From Acidimicrobiales bacterium (GTDB lineage Bacteria; Actinomycetota; Acidimicrobiia; Acidimicrobiales; Iamiaceae), in the NCBI GenBank assembly GCA_012513855.1, contig JAAZBK010000399.1:1-49451 (forward strand): DNA of 49,451 nt, written 5' to 3'. Of the stretch, positions 36,778-45,854 are shown piece after piece (positions within the stretch are counted from its first letter, which is position 1; every line of letters begins with the position of its first letter). The position numbers and the translations under genes were made by a program. Below the pieces are notes generated by a model. The model had not been told where the DNA came from, searched no databases, and saw nothing but the letters and a program-made list of their open reading frames with translations.

Positions 36778-39441
36778 ATGGTCGAACCAACGGCGATGAA
36801 TCGGGGTCAGATGACCGAACCGGCGACTGAGCACCTCTCCCGGGCAGCGATGGTCGTGGTCCGCTTCGACGGCCCGGCGATCGTCAGGCACGTGGCGGCG
36901 CCGCCCTACGAGCCGGCGGCGGCGATGCGGTTCGACCTGGAGCTCGGCGACCTGCGGTGGCTGGCTCGCGCCCGTGGCGCGGCCCTCTCAGACGTGGTCG
37001 AAGGCAGCGGGGATGGTGCGCCCGCCCCACGGCCGGAGCTCGTTCAGGCCCTGGCCGACTTCTCCCTGATCGAGGATGGTCCTCCGCACGCCGCTGGAGC
37101 CCCCGCTGCTGCACCACCGCGGCTCGGGGTCGCACCTCCGGCGGGGGCTGAGCTACAGCTCGCCATCCCCACGGTCTGCTCCATCGGCACGAACACGTTC
37201 GACCTCTTCGGCCACGACGGCCAGCTCGCAGCCTCGCTGAGCCCGGTCGAGCTGGCCGTTGCGTGCTCGTTCTGCTCGCCGCGGACGACAGAGGACTCCT
37301 TCATCGAGCAGTCGTCCCGGTTGGGCGCCGAGGCCTTGGATGCCGAGCACCACCGGGACCTGGTCGCCTTCCTCTTCGGCTCAGGCCTGGTGAGGGAGCA
37401 CTCGTCGGGGAGGGTCTCCACCAACAAGGAGGAGGAAGGGCTCCGCATCGGGATCCTGGCCACGATGCGCCTGCGGGCCAACACCGCTGCCCTGCTCGAC
37501 GAGCTGAAGGCCGAACCGGCGGGACAGCCTGGAGTCGGACCGGCGAAGGTGTTCGGCGTCCAGGTCGCCGGCAACGTCCCGCCGCTCTCGACGGGGATGG
37601 TGATGGCCTCGGTGCAGGCCGCCGCCCTGGAGCACCCCGAGATCGCCCGGTCGTTCGACCTGCGCCCCCACTGGATCATCGATCCCGACGATGCGATTGC
37701 GACGGAGCACCCGTCGATCTACCTCTTCACCAACTACATCTGGTCCCACGAGCAGAACCTCGACTTCTCCAGGGCGCTCAAGGAGCGGCACCCGAACGCC
37801 ATCACGATCCACGGTGGACCGGACTGCCCCACCTACCCGCGAGACACCGAGATCTACCTGCGCAACAACCCGCAGGTGGACATCATGGTGCGCGGCGAGG
37901 GGGAGCAGACGGCAGCCGAACTGTTCAAGGCTCTGGCTCCCACCATCACCAGCTCTGGCGGACCGGATCTCTCGGTGCTCCGCGACGTCCCCGGTCTCGC
38001 CTTCCAACTGGACGGTGAGATCGTCCGCACCGATGACCGGGAGCGGATCACCGATGTCGGAGCCACGCCGTCGCCCTTCCTCTCGGGGATCTTCGACGTG
38101 TTCGCCGAGACCGGCGACATCACCCTGGCCATAATCGAGACCAACCGCGGGTGCCCCTACGGATGCACCTTCTGCGACTGGGGATCATCGACCAACTCGA
38201 GGATCCGAAAGTTCGACATCGAACGGGTGTACGCCGAGTTCGAGTGGTGTGCGCGCAACCGGGTGGAACGGGTGTTCCTGGCCGATGCCAACTTCGGCAT
38301 CTTCTCTCGCGACGTCGACATCGCCCACCACATGGTCGGGCTGAAGGAGAAGTACGGCTACCCGAAGCGGCTGATGACCAACTACGCCAAGAACACGGTC
38401 AAGCACCTGCGGGAGATCGTGGAGATCCTCGCCAAGGGCGACGTGCTGTCGGAGGGACTCCTCTCGCTCCAGACGATGGACGACGCCACCCTCAGCACCA
38501 TCCGCCGGTCCAACATCAAGCTGGAGAAGTACGAGGCCCTGGCCAAGGAGTTCCACGAGGCCGAGATGCCGTTGTTCGTCGACCTCATGCTGGGCCTGCC
38601 CGGCCAGACCGTGGAGTCGTTCAGGAACGACCTCCAGCAGTGCGTCGACCGTGAGGTCAACGCCAAGGTGCACACCACCGAGCTGCTCGTGAACAGCCCG
38701 ATGAACAACCCCGCGTATCGCGACGAGCACCAGGTGGTGACCACCCGAGCCCCGGGGCCCACCGGCAAGGGAACCGCCGCCGCTGCTCTGCTCGGACCGT
38801 CCCTGGTGGTCTCCACCTCGACGTTCACCCGCGAGGACTACCGCGACATGGACCTCATGCGCAGGAGCTACCTGCTCCTCGAGAACCTCGGTGTGATGCG
38901 TCACGTCTCGCGCTTCGTCCGCCGTGAGATGGGCACACCCGAGGTCGAGCTGATGGAGACCGTTCGCCACCTGGTGACGCGCGACCGGGGCCGTTGGCCG
39001 ATGCTCGAAGCCACCGTCCTGGCCGTGCCGAACCACCTCGTGCCCCCCGTGAGCTGGGCGTTCTACATCGACGAGCTGCGCGAAGTGCTCGTCGGCCAGG
39101 TGGGGGTGGCGGCGGGCTCGGCGCTGGAGACCGTGCTGGCCGTGCAGCACGCGGTGCTGCCCGCTCCCGGGCGCGATCTTCCGCTGAAGATAGAGCTGGC
39201 CCACGACTACCCGGCCTGGTACGGGTCGGTCATGAAGGCCAAGGACGACGGCCACCTCCACGACTGGGAGACGGTCGTCGGACGGCTGGAGGACCTCGGT
39301 CCGACCACCTTCGAGGTCGACGACCCCCACGACGTCGCCAGCCGCAGCATGGGCATTGGAACCTCGCTCTACCCCTACCTGGACTGGGAGCTCCAGTCGC
39401 CGGTCGCTCGGGCGATGCCGGCGCACCATCGGGACAACTGA
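36778..39441 (+). CDS. Cobalamin-dependent radical SAM protein with long N-terminal extension
   Basis: B12-binding domain (PPLSTG, TNYIWS, HGGP, VRGEGE); ETNRGCPYGCTFCDWG (CxxxCxxC at 38152-38175); DANFG; LMLGLPGQT. Start could be 36778, 36796 or 36811; TACACT at 36759. Confidence 0.92.
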   Translation: MVEPTAMNRGQMTEPATEHLSRAAMVVVRFDGPAIVRHVAAPPYEPAAAMRFDLELGDLRWLARARGAALSDVVEGSGDGAPAPRPELVQALADFSLIEDGPPHAAGAPAAAPPRLGVAPPAGAELQLAIPTVCSIGTNTFDLFGHDGQLAASLSPVELAVACSFCSPRTTEDSFIEQSSRLGAEALDAEHHRDLVAFLFGSGLVREHSSGRVSTNKEEEGLRIGILATMRLRANTAALLDELKAEPAGQPGVGPAKVFGVQVAGNVPPLSTGMVMASVQAAALEHPEIARSFDLRPHWIIDPDDAIATEHPSIYLFTNYIWSHEQNLDFSRALKERHPNAITIHGGPDCPTYPRDTEIYLRNNPQVDIMVRGEGEQTAAELFKALAPTITSSGGPDLSVLRDVPGLAFQLDGEIVRTDDRERITDVGATPSPFLSGIFDVFAETGDITLAIIETNRGCPYGCTFCDWGSSTNSRIRKFDIERVYAEFEWCARNRVERVFLADANFGIFSRDVDIAHHMVGLKEKYGYPKRLMTNYAKNTVKHLREIVEILAKGDVLSEGLLSLQTMDDATLSTIRRSNIKLEKYEALAKEFHEAEMPLFVDLMLGLPGQTVESFRNDLQQCVDREVNAKVHTTELLVNSPMNNPAYRDEHQVVTTRAPGPTGKGTAAAALLGPSLVVSTSTFTREDYRDMDLMRRSYLLLENLGVMRHVSRFVRREMGTPEVELMETVRHLVTRDRGRWPMLEATVLAVPNHLVPPVSWAFYIDELREVLVGQVGVAAGSALETVLAVQHAVLPAPGRDLPLKIELAHDYPAWYGSVMKAKDDGHLHDWETVVGRLEDLGPTTFEVDDPHDVASRSMGIGTSLYPYLDWELQSPVARAMPAHHRDN

Positions 39442-39542
39442 CCTCCGCCACGGCTGACGCCCACCTGGGCCTCACCGGCCGCGGTCTCGACTCGATCCGA
39501 GGCGCGATTCGCGTTCCGTGACCTTCGCCACGTCGCGAACGA

Positions 39543-39596
39543 GTCATGCTCGGGACACCGCGGCGAAACCGTTCCGAAACACCGCTGGGCCAACCT
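39543..39596 (+). promoter_or_regulatory. GlnR-type box array and -10 of nnaR
   Basis: GTCAT-N6-GACAC-N6-GAAAC-N6-GAAAC (11-bp phasing), then N10-CAACCT-N6-ATG. Confidence 0.7.
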
Positions 39597-39602
39597 CGGC
39601 GG

Positions 39603-40751
39603 ATGACGCTCGCGCCGCTCGCCGGTTACACGGTGGGGATCACAGCCGATCGACGTGCGGAGGAGCAGGGAACGCTGCTCTCGCGCCTCGGCGCATCGGT
39701 GCTGCACGGGCCGGTGATCCGCACCCGTCCCCTCAGCGAGGACGTGCGCGCCGCCACGGAGAAGGTGATCGCCGATCCGCCCGACGTTCTGGCCATCGTC
39801 ACCGCGCTCGGCGTCCGGGGCTGGTTCAGCGCGGCCGAGAGCCTGGGGTTGGGCGAGGACCTGTTCGACTCCCTCACCGTTACGCAGACCGGTGAACCCC
39901 GCGGCCTCGTGGTCCTCGCCCGAGGCCCGAAGGCGGCCGGCGCTGCGATGTCGCTGGGGATCGACGTCACCTGGCGGGCACCGGAGGCCCGCGTCTCGGA
40001 CCTCATCGACCACCTCCGATCGGGAGCTTCGCGGGCCATGGAGCCCGGGACGCGCGTTGCGATCGTGCTCGACGGTTCGCCCACCAGCGCGCTGGTGGAC
40101 GCGGTCTCGTCGTTCGCTACCGGCGTGGAGGTCACCGCGATCCCGGTCTACCGCTGGGAGCTACCCGACGATCCCGGGCCAGCCGAACGCCTCATCTCGG
40201 CGATGGTCGAGGGCGTCGTCGATGCGGTGACGTTCACGTCGTCGCACGCGGTCGCGAACTTCGCAGCCCTGGCCGAGGGTGCTGGCATGCTCGATGGCGT
40301 CCGAACGATGTTCGAGCGGGGAACGACCGTGCCGGTGGCCGTGGGTCCGGTGACGGCGGAGCGCATCGTCGAACTCGGGTTCACCACCCCGGTGGAGCCT
40401 CCCACCTTCCGGCTCGGGGCCATGGTCCGGTCGTTGACCAACACGTTGCAGAACTGCTCGGCAGAGCTTCGGCTCGCCGATCACGTCGTGCGCATCCAGG
40501 GCCGGATGGTGCAGGTCGACGCCGAGGTGCCCGTCCTCCTGACCGACCGGGAACGGGCGGTGCTGGCCGTGCTCTCCCGCCGGCCCGGCGTGGTGGTCTC
40601 CAAGGGCGAGCTCCGCATGGAGGTGTGGGACAATGGCGCTGACGACCACGCGGTGGAGGTCACGGTCGGACGGCTACGCCGCCGGCTCGGACCGGCAGCG
40701 GACGGCATCGAGACGGTGATGCGGCGGGGCTATCGCCTTTCGCCGTCGTGA
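39603..40751 (+). CDS. nnaR: HemD-like/winged-helix regulator of nitrate assimilation (NnaR)
   Basis: PLAGYTVGITADRR, ARGPKA, PVYRW, DAVTFTS, VGPVTA, then OmpR-type wHTH (HAVEVTVGRLRRRLG, TVMRRGYRL); nir/nas context. Confidence 0.9.
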   Translation: MTLAPLAGYTVGITADRRAEEQGTLLSRLGASVLHGPVIRTRPLSEDVRAATEKVIADPPDVLAIVTALGVRGWFSAAESLGLGEDLFDSLTVTQTGEPRGLVVLARGPKAAGAAMSLGIDVTWRAPEARVSDLIDHLRSGASRAMEPGTRVAIVLDGSPTSALVDAVSSFATGVEVTAIPVYRWELPDDPGPAERLISAMVEGVVDAVTFTSSHAVANFAALAEGAGMLDGVRTMFERGTTVPVAVGPVTAERIVELGFTTPVEPPTFRLGAMVRSLTNTLQNCSAELRLADHVVRIQGRMVQVDAEVPVLLTDRERAVLAVLSRRPGVVVSKGELRMEVWDNGADDHAVEVTVGRLRRRLGPAADGIETVMRRGYRLSPS

Positions 40752-40758
40752 CGCCGTG

Positions 40759-40785
40759 CTCACAAGCCGGTCGACCGTCTGTGAG
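40759..40785. promoter_or_regulatory. NnaR-type inverted repeat upstream of the nitrate reductase operon
   Basis: Perfect CTCACA-N15-TGTGAG. Confidence 0.78.
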
Positions 40786-40802
40786 TCGGACGTGCGCCCG
40801 TC

Positions 40803-40845
40803 GTAACGGCGGCCACACCGCAGCGAAACCACCCACGTCCAACAT
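40803..40845 (+). promoter_or_regulatory. GlnR-type boxes and -10
   Basis: GTAAC-N6-CACAC-N6-GAAAC, then N10-CAACAT-N7-ATG (40853). Confidence 0.7.
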
Positions 40846-40852
40846 GACCCCC

Positions 40853-40903
40853 ATGACGACTGCATCCGAGCTCCTGGCGGCCCCGGTAGGGGACCGGCGA
40901 TGA
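40853..40903 (+). CDS. Putative leaderless u[19 protein letters not shown]
   Basis: ATG at the leaderless position of the predicted promoter; its TGA overlaps the next ATG (ATGA 40900-40903). Confidence 0.5.
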   Translation: MTTASELLAAPVGDRR

Positions 40904-42633
40904 GCTCGTCGGCGGTGGCCGGCTTGGGCCTCGATGCGGGAGTGCTGACGGCACCGCGCTCGCGCGACCTGCTCGGGACCGAGCTCACGCCCATCGACAT
41001 CCTCCTCGGCCGTCAGGCGGAGATGACCCCGGTCGAGCGCTTCGCCCGTCTGCACGAGGACGACCTCGTCCCCGCCGGGGAGCGTTGGTGGAGCGAGCGG
41101 CTCCCCACCGCTCTGCCGGGTGTGGGCCAGCAGTACGCCTTTGCGGTCGACATGGACTCCTGCACCGGGTGCAAGGCGTGCGTGTCGGCCTGCAACAACC
41201 TCAACGGGCTCGACGGCGACGAGCAGTGGCGCACGGTCACCACGGTCCACGGCGACACGCCGGCCGGCCCGTCGGTGCTCACCGTCACCGCGGCGTGCCA
41301 CCACTGCGTGGAGCCTGCCTGCATGGCGGGGTGCCCGGTCGATGCGTACGAGAAGGACCCGATCACCGGCATCGTGGCCCACCTCGACGACCAGTGCATC
41401 GGTTGCTCCTACTGCACGCTGACCTGCCCGTACGAGGTGCCGCTCTACAACTCGTCGCTCGGCATCGTCCGCAAGTGCGACATGTGCCGCGGTCGCCTGG
41501 CCGACGGCGAGGCTCCCGCTTGCGTCCAGGGCTGCCCGAACGGTGCCATCACCATCACGGTGGTCGACGTCGACGAGGTGATCGAGGGCCTGGAGCGAGA
41601 CCTGGAGGTGGCCGCGGCCGCCGATGGCGTCGCCGACCGCCCCCGGCTGGTGCCGGGAGCACCGGACTCCACGCTCACGGTCCCGACCACGCAGTACCGG
41701 TCGAGCCGGACGTCTCACGGATCGTTCGCCGACCACCGGGTGGTCAAGCCCGGTCACGCGCACACACCGCTGGCCGTGATGCTCACCCTCACCCAGGTGG
41801 CGGTGGGGACGGCGGTGGTCGACGCCGCGGTCTCCCCGCTGGCCGCCGAGCACGTTCCCCGCTCGGTTCCGGCGCTGGCGCTCGGGGTGGCCCTGGTGGC
41901 TCTGGCAGCATCGGTGGGCCACATCGGCCGGCCGCTCTACGCCTGGCGGGCCATCCTGGGCTTCCGGCACTCCTGGCTGAGTCGGGAGATCGCCGCGTTC
42001 GGTGCGTTCGCCGGACTCGGGGTCGCCCTCGCCGGCGCGGTGTTCCTGGAGCTGGACGCTGCGCTGATCACGCTCCTGCGCCTCGGCACCGTGGCGGCGG
42101 GTCTGGCCGGCGTCGCCTGCTCGGTGATGCTCTACGCGGTGACAGGTAGAAGGTGGTGGAGGGTGCGCACCAGCAGCATCCGCTTCGCCGGAACGATGGC
42201 CGGCGCCGGTGGCCTGCTGGTGGCGGCGGTGACGCTCGGCGGAGCGGTGGACGACAGCACCACCGGGCCGATCGACGTGGCGACCGTCCTCCTCCTGGTG
42301 GTGGCCGCATCCACCGTGGTGAGCCTGCTGGCTGCCGTCTCGACCCTGGCCCGTCACAGCGCGACCGTGGGCGACGATCTGGCCGCCACCCGCCAACTTC
42401 TGCTGGGACCGCTGGCCGGCCTCGTCCGGCTGCGGGTCGCCGCCTCGATCCTCGGTGGCGTGGTGATCCCGCTGGTGGTCGTGCTAGCGCTGCCGGCGGA
42501 CAGGCCGGTCGGTTGGGAGGCGCCGGGGGCGCTGGGCCTGGCGCTGGTGGTCTTCACGATCGGTGAGCTGTTCGACCGGCGGCTCTTCTTCCTCGCTTCG
42601 GTGGCGCCCCGTCGCTACGGAGACATCAGATGA
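40900..42633 (+). CDS. Fused 4x[4Fe-4S] (DmsB/NrfC-like) and DmsC-type membrane anchor subunit
   Basis: [48 protein letters not shown]; then [25 protein letters not shown], about 8 TM helices, ELFDRRLFF. Confidence 0.92.
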   Translation: MSSSAVAGLGLDAGVLTAPRSRDLLGTELTPIDILLGRQAEMTPVERFARLHEDDLVPAGERWWSERLPTALPGVGQQYAFAVDMDSCTGCKACVSACNNLNGLDGDEQWRTVTTVHGDTPAGPSVLTVTAACHHCVEPACMAGCPVDAYEKDPITGIVAHLDDQCIGCSYCTLTCPYEVPLYNSSLGIVRKCDMCRGRLADGEAPACVQGCPNGAITITVVDVDEVIEGLERDLEVAAAADGVADRPRLVPGAPDSTLTVPTTQYRSSRTSHGSFADHRVVKPGHAHTPLAVMLTLTQVAVGTAVVDAAVSPLAAEHVPRSVPALALGVALVALAASVGHIGRPLYAWRAILGFRHSWLSREIAAFGAFAGLGVALAGAVFLELDAALITLLRLGTVAAGLAGVACSVMLYAVTGRRWWRVRTSSIRFAGTMAGAGGLLVAAVTLGGAVDDSTTGPIDVATVLLLVVAASTVVSLLAAVSTLARHSATVGDDLAATRQLLLGPLAGLVRLRVAASILGGVVIPLVVVLALPADRPVGWEAPGALGLALVVFTIGELFDRRLFFLASVAPRRYGDIR

Positions 42634-42643
42634 GGAACCTCCG

Positions 42644-44896
42644 ATGAAGAGCCCCGTGGAACTGCTGCGGCCCCGCAAGGACGGCCCGCTCACCGATCGC
42701 CTCCGGCGCGAGCGCCCCGGCTTCGGGCTGCCCCAGATCCCCGCCGGTCGGACTCCCACCGCCACCACCCGCCTCACCTGTGGCTTCTGCTCCACGGGCT
42801 GCGGTCTCGACGTGCACCTGCACGACGGAGAGGCGGTGGGCCTCACGCCCAGCAACGACCACCCGGTCAACCTGGGCATGGCGTGCCCCAAGGGCTGGGA
42901 GGCGCTCACCCCGCTGGCCGCCAGCGATCGGGCCACCACGCCCCTGCTGCGCGACGACAACGGCAAGCTCCGCCCCGTCGACTGGAACACCGCGCTCGCC
43001 ACCTTCACCGAGCGGATGAAGGCCATCCAGGCCGAGCACGGTCCAGCGTCGGTGGCCTTCCTGTCCACCGGGCAGATCGTCACCGAGGAGATGGCGTTCC
43101 TCGGGGCGTTGGGCAAGTTCGGGATGGGGATCGTCCACGGCGACGGCAACACCCGCCAGTGCATGGCCACCGCGGTGGTGGCCTACAAGGAGGCGTTCGG
43201 GTTCGACGCGCCGCCCTACACCTACGCCGACTTCGAGCAGTCCGACGTGATGGTCCTGATCGGGTCGAACCTGTGCGTGGCCCACCCGATCATGTGGGAG
43301 CACATCGTCCGCAACCCGCACTCGCCCGAGATCGTGGTGATCGATCCCCGTCGCACCGAGACGGCGTCGGCCGGGACCCTCCACGTAGCCCCCAACCCCA
43401 AGACCGACCTCACGCTGCTCTACGGCCTGGCCCACGTGATCATCGGGAACGGGTGGGTGGACCGGGAGTTCGTCGACGCGCACACCACCGGCTTCGCGGA
43501 GCTGGCCGACCACGTGGCCGCCTTCACGCCCGACAGGGTGAGCGCGGAGACCGGTGTCGATGTCGCCACGCTGAAGCGGACCGCGGAGCTGATCGGCACA
43601 GGCGAGCGGGTATCGCTGTGGTGGACCATGGGCGTCAACCAGAGCCACCAGGGCACCAAGACGGCTCAGGCCATCATCGACCTGGCCCTGCTCACCGGCA
43701 ACATCGGTCGCCCCGGCACCGGCGCCAACTCGATCACCGGCCAGTGCAACGCCATGGGATCGCGGCTCTTCTCCAACACCACCGGTCTCCTCGGCGGTCA
43801 CGACTTCGCCAAGCCGGAGCACCGGGCCAAGGTCGCCGGGATCCTCGGGATCGACGAGTCGGTCATCCCCACGGAACCGAGCTGGGCCTACGACCGCATC
43901 ATCGAGGGCATCAACCGGGGCGAGATCCGGGGTCTGTGGGTGATCGCCACCAACACGTCGCACTCCTGGATCAACCAGAGCGACGCGCGAGAGCTGCTCG
44001 ACAAGCTCGACTTCCTGGTGGTCCAGGACATGTACTCCACCACCGAGACGGCCCAGCAGGCCGACCTGGTGCTGCCCGCTGCCGGCTGGGCCGAGAAGGA
44101 GGGCACGTTCATCAACTCCGAACGGCGACTCGGGATCGTCAAGCGGGTGGCCCGAGCGCCCGGACAGGCGCTGTCCGACTTCTTCATCTTCCGGGCCATC
44201 GCCGACGCCTGGGGCTGCGGCGAGGTGTTCCGGCGCTGGACAGACCCGGAGTCGGTGTTCGAGATCCTGCAGGAGCTCACTGCAAACCAGCCCTGCGACA
44301 TCACCGGCGTGAGGGGGTACGAGGAGGTCGACGGTGGCCACGTCCAGTGGCCATACCGGACCGAAGACCGAATCGATTCCCACACGACCGGCGATGTGGC
44401 CGGTGACCCGACCGCGGCGAACGGGCAACGTCGCCTGTTCGCCGACGGTCGGTTCTTCACCCCCGACGGCCGGGCCCGGCTGCTGTTCACCGAACCGGCC
44501 GGTCCGCCCGAGAAGCTGTCGCGGGCATACCCACTCGTGCTCCTGACCGGTCGGGGCACCAGCAGCCAGTGGCACACCGGCACCCGTACGTCGAAGTCGC
44601 CCACGCTCCGGGCCCTGGCACCCGACGACACGTGGGTCGAGATCGATCCGGCCGACGCGGCGGAGCGTGGCATCAGCGGCGGTCAGGTCGTCGCCGTCCG
44701 ATCGAGCCGTGGCTCGATGCGGGCCCGCGCCCACGTCACGCCCACGGTCGGCAAGGGCCGGGTGTTCGTGTCGATGCACGACGCCCGCACCAACCGCCTC
44801 ACGTTCCCCGCGTTCGACCCCCAGTCGCGCCAGCCGTCCTACAAGTACGCCGCCGTCGAGGTGTCGCTCCCGGAACCCTGGGATCCGCCGGACTGA
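42644..44896 (+). CDS. Molybdopterin nitrate reductase catalytic subunit (Nas/Nap type), no Tat signal
   Basis: CGFCSTGC...[44 protein letters not shown]...[17 protein letters not shown]. Confidence 0.92.
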   Translation: MKSPVELLRPRKDGPLTDRLRRERPGFGLPQIPAGRTPTATTRLTCGFCSTGCGLDVHLHDGEAVGLTPSNDHPVNLGMACPKGWEALTPLAASDRATTPLLRDDNGKLRPVDWNTALATFTERMKAIQAEHGPASVAFLSTGQIVTEEMAFLGALGKFGMGIVHGDGNTRQCMATAVVAYKEAFGFDAPPYTYADFEQSDVMVLIGSNLCVAHPIMWEHIVRNPHSPEIVVIDPRRTETASAGTLHVAPNPKTDLTLLYGLAHVIIGNGWVDREFVDAHTTGFAELADHVAAFTPDRVSAETGVDVATLKRTAELIGTGERVSLWWTMGVNQSHQGTKTAQAIIDLALLTGNIGRPGTGANSITGQCNAMGSRLFSNTTGLLGGHDFAKPEHRAKVAGILGIDESVIPTEPSWAYDRIIEGINRGEIRGLWVIATNTSHSWINQSDARELLDKLDFLVVQDMYSTTETAQQADLVLPAAGWAEKEGTFINSERRLGIVKRVARAPGQALSDFFIFRAIADAWGCGEVFRRWTDPESVFEILQELTANQPCDITGVRGYEEVDGGHVQWPYRTEDRIDSHTTGDVAGDPTAANGQRRLFADGRFFTPDGRARLLFTEPAGPPEKLSRAYPLVLLTGRGTSSQWHTGTRTSKSPTLRALAPDDTWVEIDPADAAERGISGGQVVAVRSSRGSMRARAHVTPTVGKGRVFVSMHDARTNRLTFPAFDPQSRQPSYKYAAVEVSLPEPWDPPD

Positions 44897-44937
44897 ACCC
44901 GGGTGTCGCGATCGACGCCGACCCGTAGGGTGCGGGC

Positions 44938-45849
44938 GTGCGATACGGGATCAACGGTTCGGGTCGGATGCTCACCCACGGGGTGGCGGGGCTGCTGGAG
45001 GACATGAGGGCGTCGGAGGCGGCCGGGTTCTCGAGCTACTGGGTGGCCCAGGTCGGGCTGGTCGATGCCCTCACGGCCATCGGCGCGCACGGCGACACCG
45101 GGTCGTCCATGGAGATCGGCACCGCGGTGATCTCCACCTGGGAGCGTCACCCGCACGCGCTCGCCGCCCAGGCGCTCACCACCCAGACCCTGGTGGGAGA
45201 TCGGCTGATCGTGGGCATCGGGCTCAACCACCAGCCCCACGTGGAGGGCCGCCTGCGGATGGAGTGGCACAAGCCGGTCCGCCACATGATCGACTACCTG
45301 TCGATCCTCGGCGACCTGCTCGCCACCGGCACGGCCTCGTTCCAGGGTGAGGTGTGGTCGTTCGAGGCGGCCGACGCCAAGCCGTCGCCCGGCGTCCCCA
45401 AGGTGATGATCGCCGCGCTGGGAGACCAGATGCTCAAGGTGGCCGGCCGCCGCACCGACGGCACGATCTTGTGGTGCGTCGGACCCAAGACCATCGGCAG
45501 CCACATCGCCCCGATCATCAACGACGCCGCAGCCGCAGCCGACCGCCCGGCTCCCGCCATCGTGTGCTCGATCCCGGTGTGGGTCACCGACGATCCGCAA
45601 CCGGCCCGCGACTTCCTGGCCACGATCCTGGCCGACTACGCCTCGCTGCCCAGCTACCGGGCGATGATGGACATCGAGGGCGTCGAGGGTCTCGGCGACC
45701 TGTCGATCGTGGGCGACGAGGAGGCCGTGCGGGCCGCCCTGGGCGAGCTGGCCGAGTCCGGCGCCACCGACTTCACTCCGGTGCCCATGGGCGGCAACCC
45801 CGACGAAGAGGCCCGCACCATGGCCTTGCTCACCGAGGCACTGGGCTGA
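44938..45849 (+). CDS. LLM-class (probably F420-dependent) oxidoreductase
   Basis: EIGTAVI, RHP..LA.QALT, GIGLNH, AALGDQML, DGTILW, YASLPSYRAM (TIGR03564-like). Confidence 0.88.
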   Translation: MRYGINGSGRMLTHGVAGLLEDMRASEAAGFSSYWVAQVGLVDALTAIGAHGDTGSSMEIGTAVISTWERHPHALAAQALTTQTLVGDRLIVGIGLNHQPHVEGRLRMEWHKPVRHMIDYLSILGDLLATGTASFQGEVWSFEAADAKPSPGVPKVMIAALGDQMLKVAGRRTDGTILWCVGPKTIGSHIAPIINDAAAAADRPAPAIVCSIPVWVTDDPQPARDFLATILADYASLPSYRAMMDIEGVEGLGDLSIVGDEEAVRAALGELAESGATDFTPVPMGGNPDEEARTMALLTEALG

Positions 45850-45854
45850 ACCCG

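Noticed and set aside
36778-39441. Radical SAM as a menaquinone methyltransferase serving the anchored reductase
   Set aside because: MenK/MqnK are HemN-like class C enzymes without a B12 domain; this protein has one.
39603-40751. Plain uroporphyrinogen-III synthase (hemD)
   Set aside because: The C-terminal wHTH and nir/nas context indicate the regulator NnaR.
42644-42760. Tat signal on the nitrate reductase (DRLRRER)
   Set aside because: RR is not followed by xFLK-like residues or a hydrophobic core.
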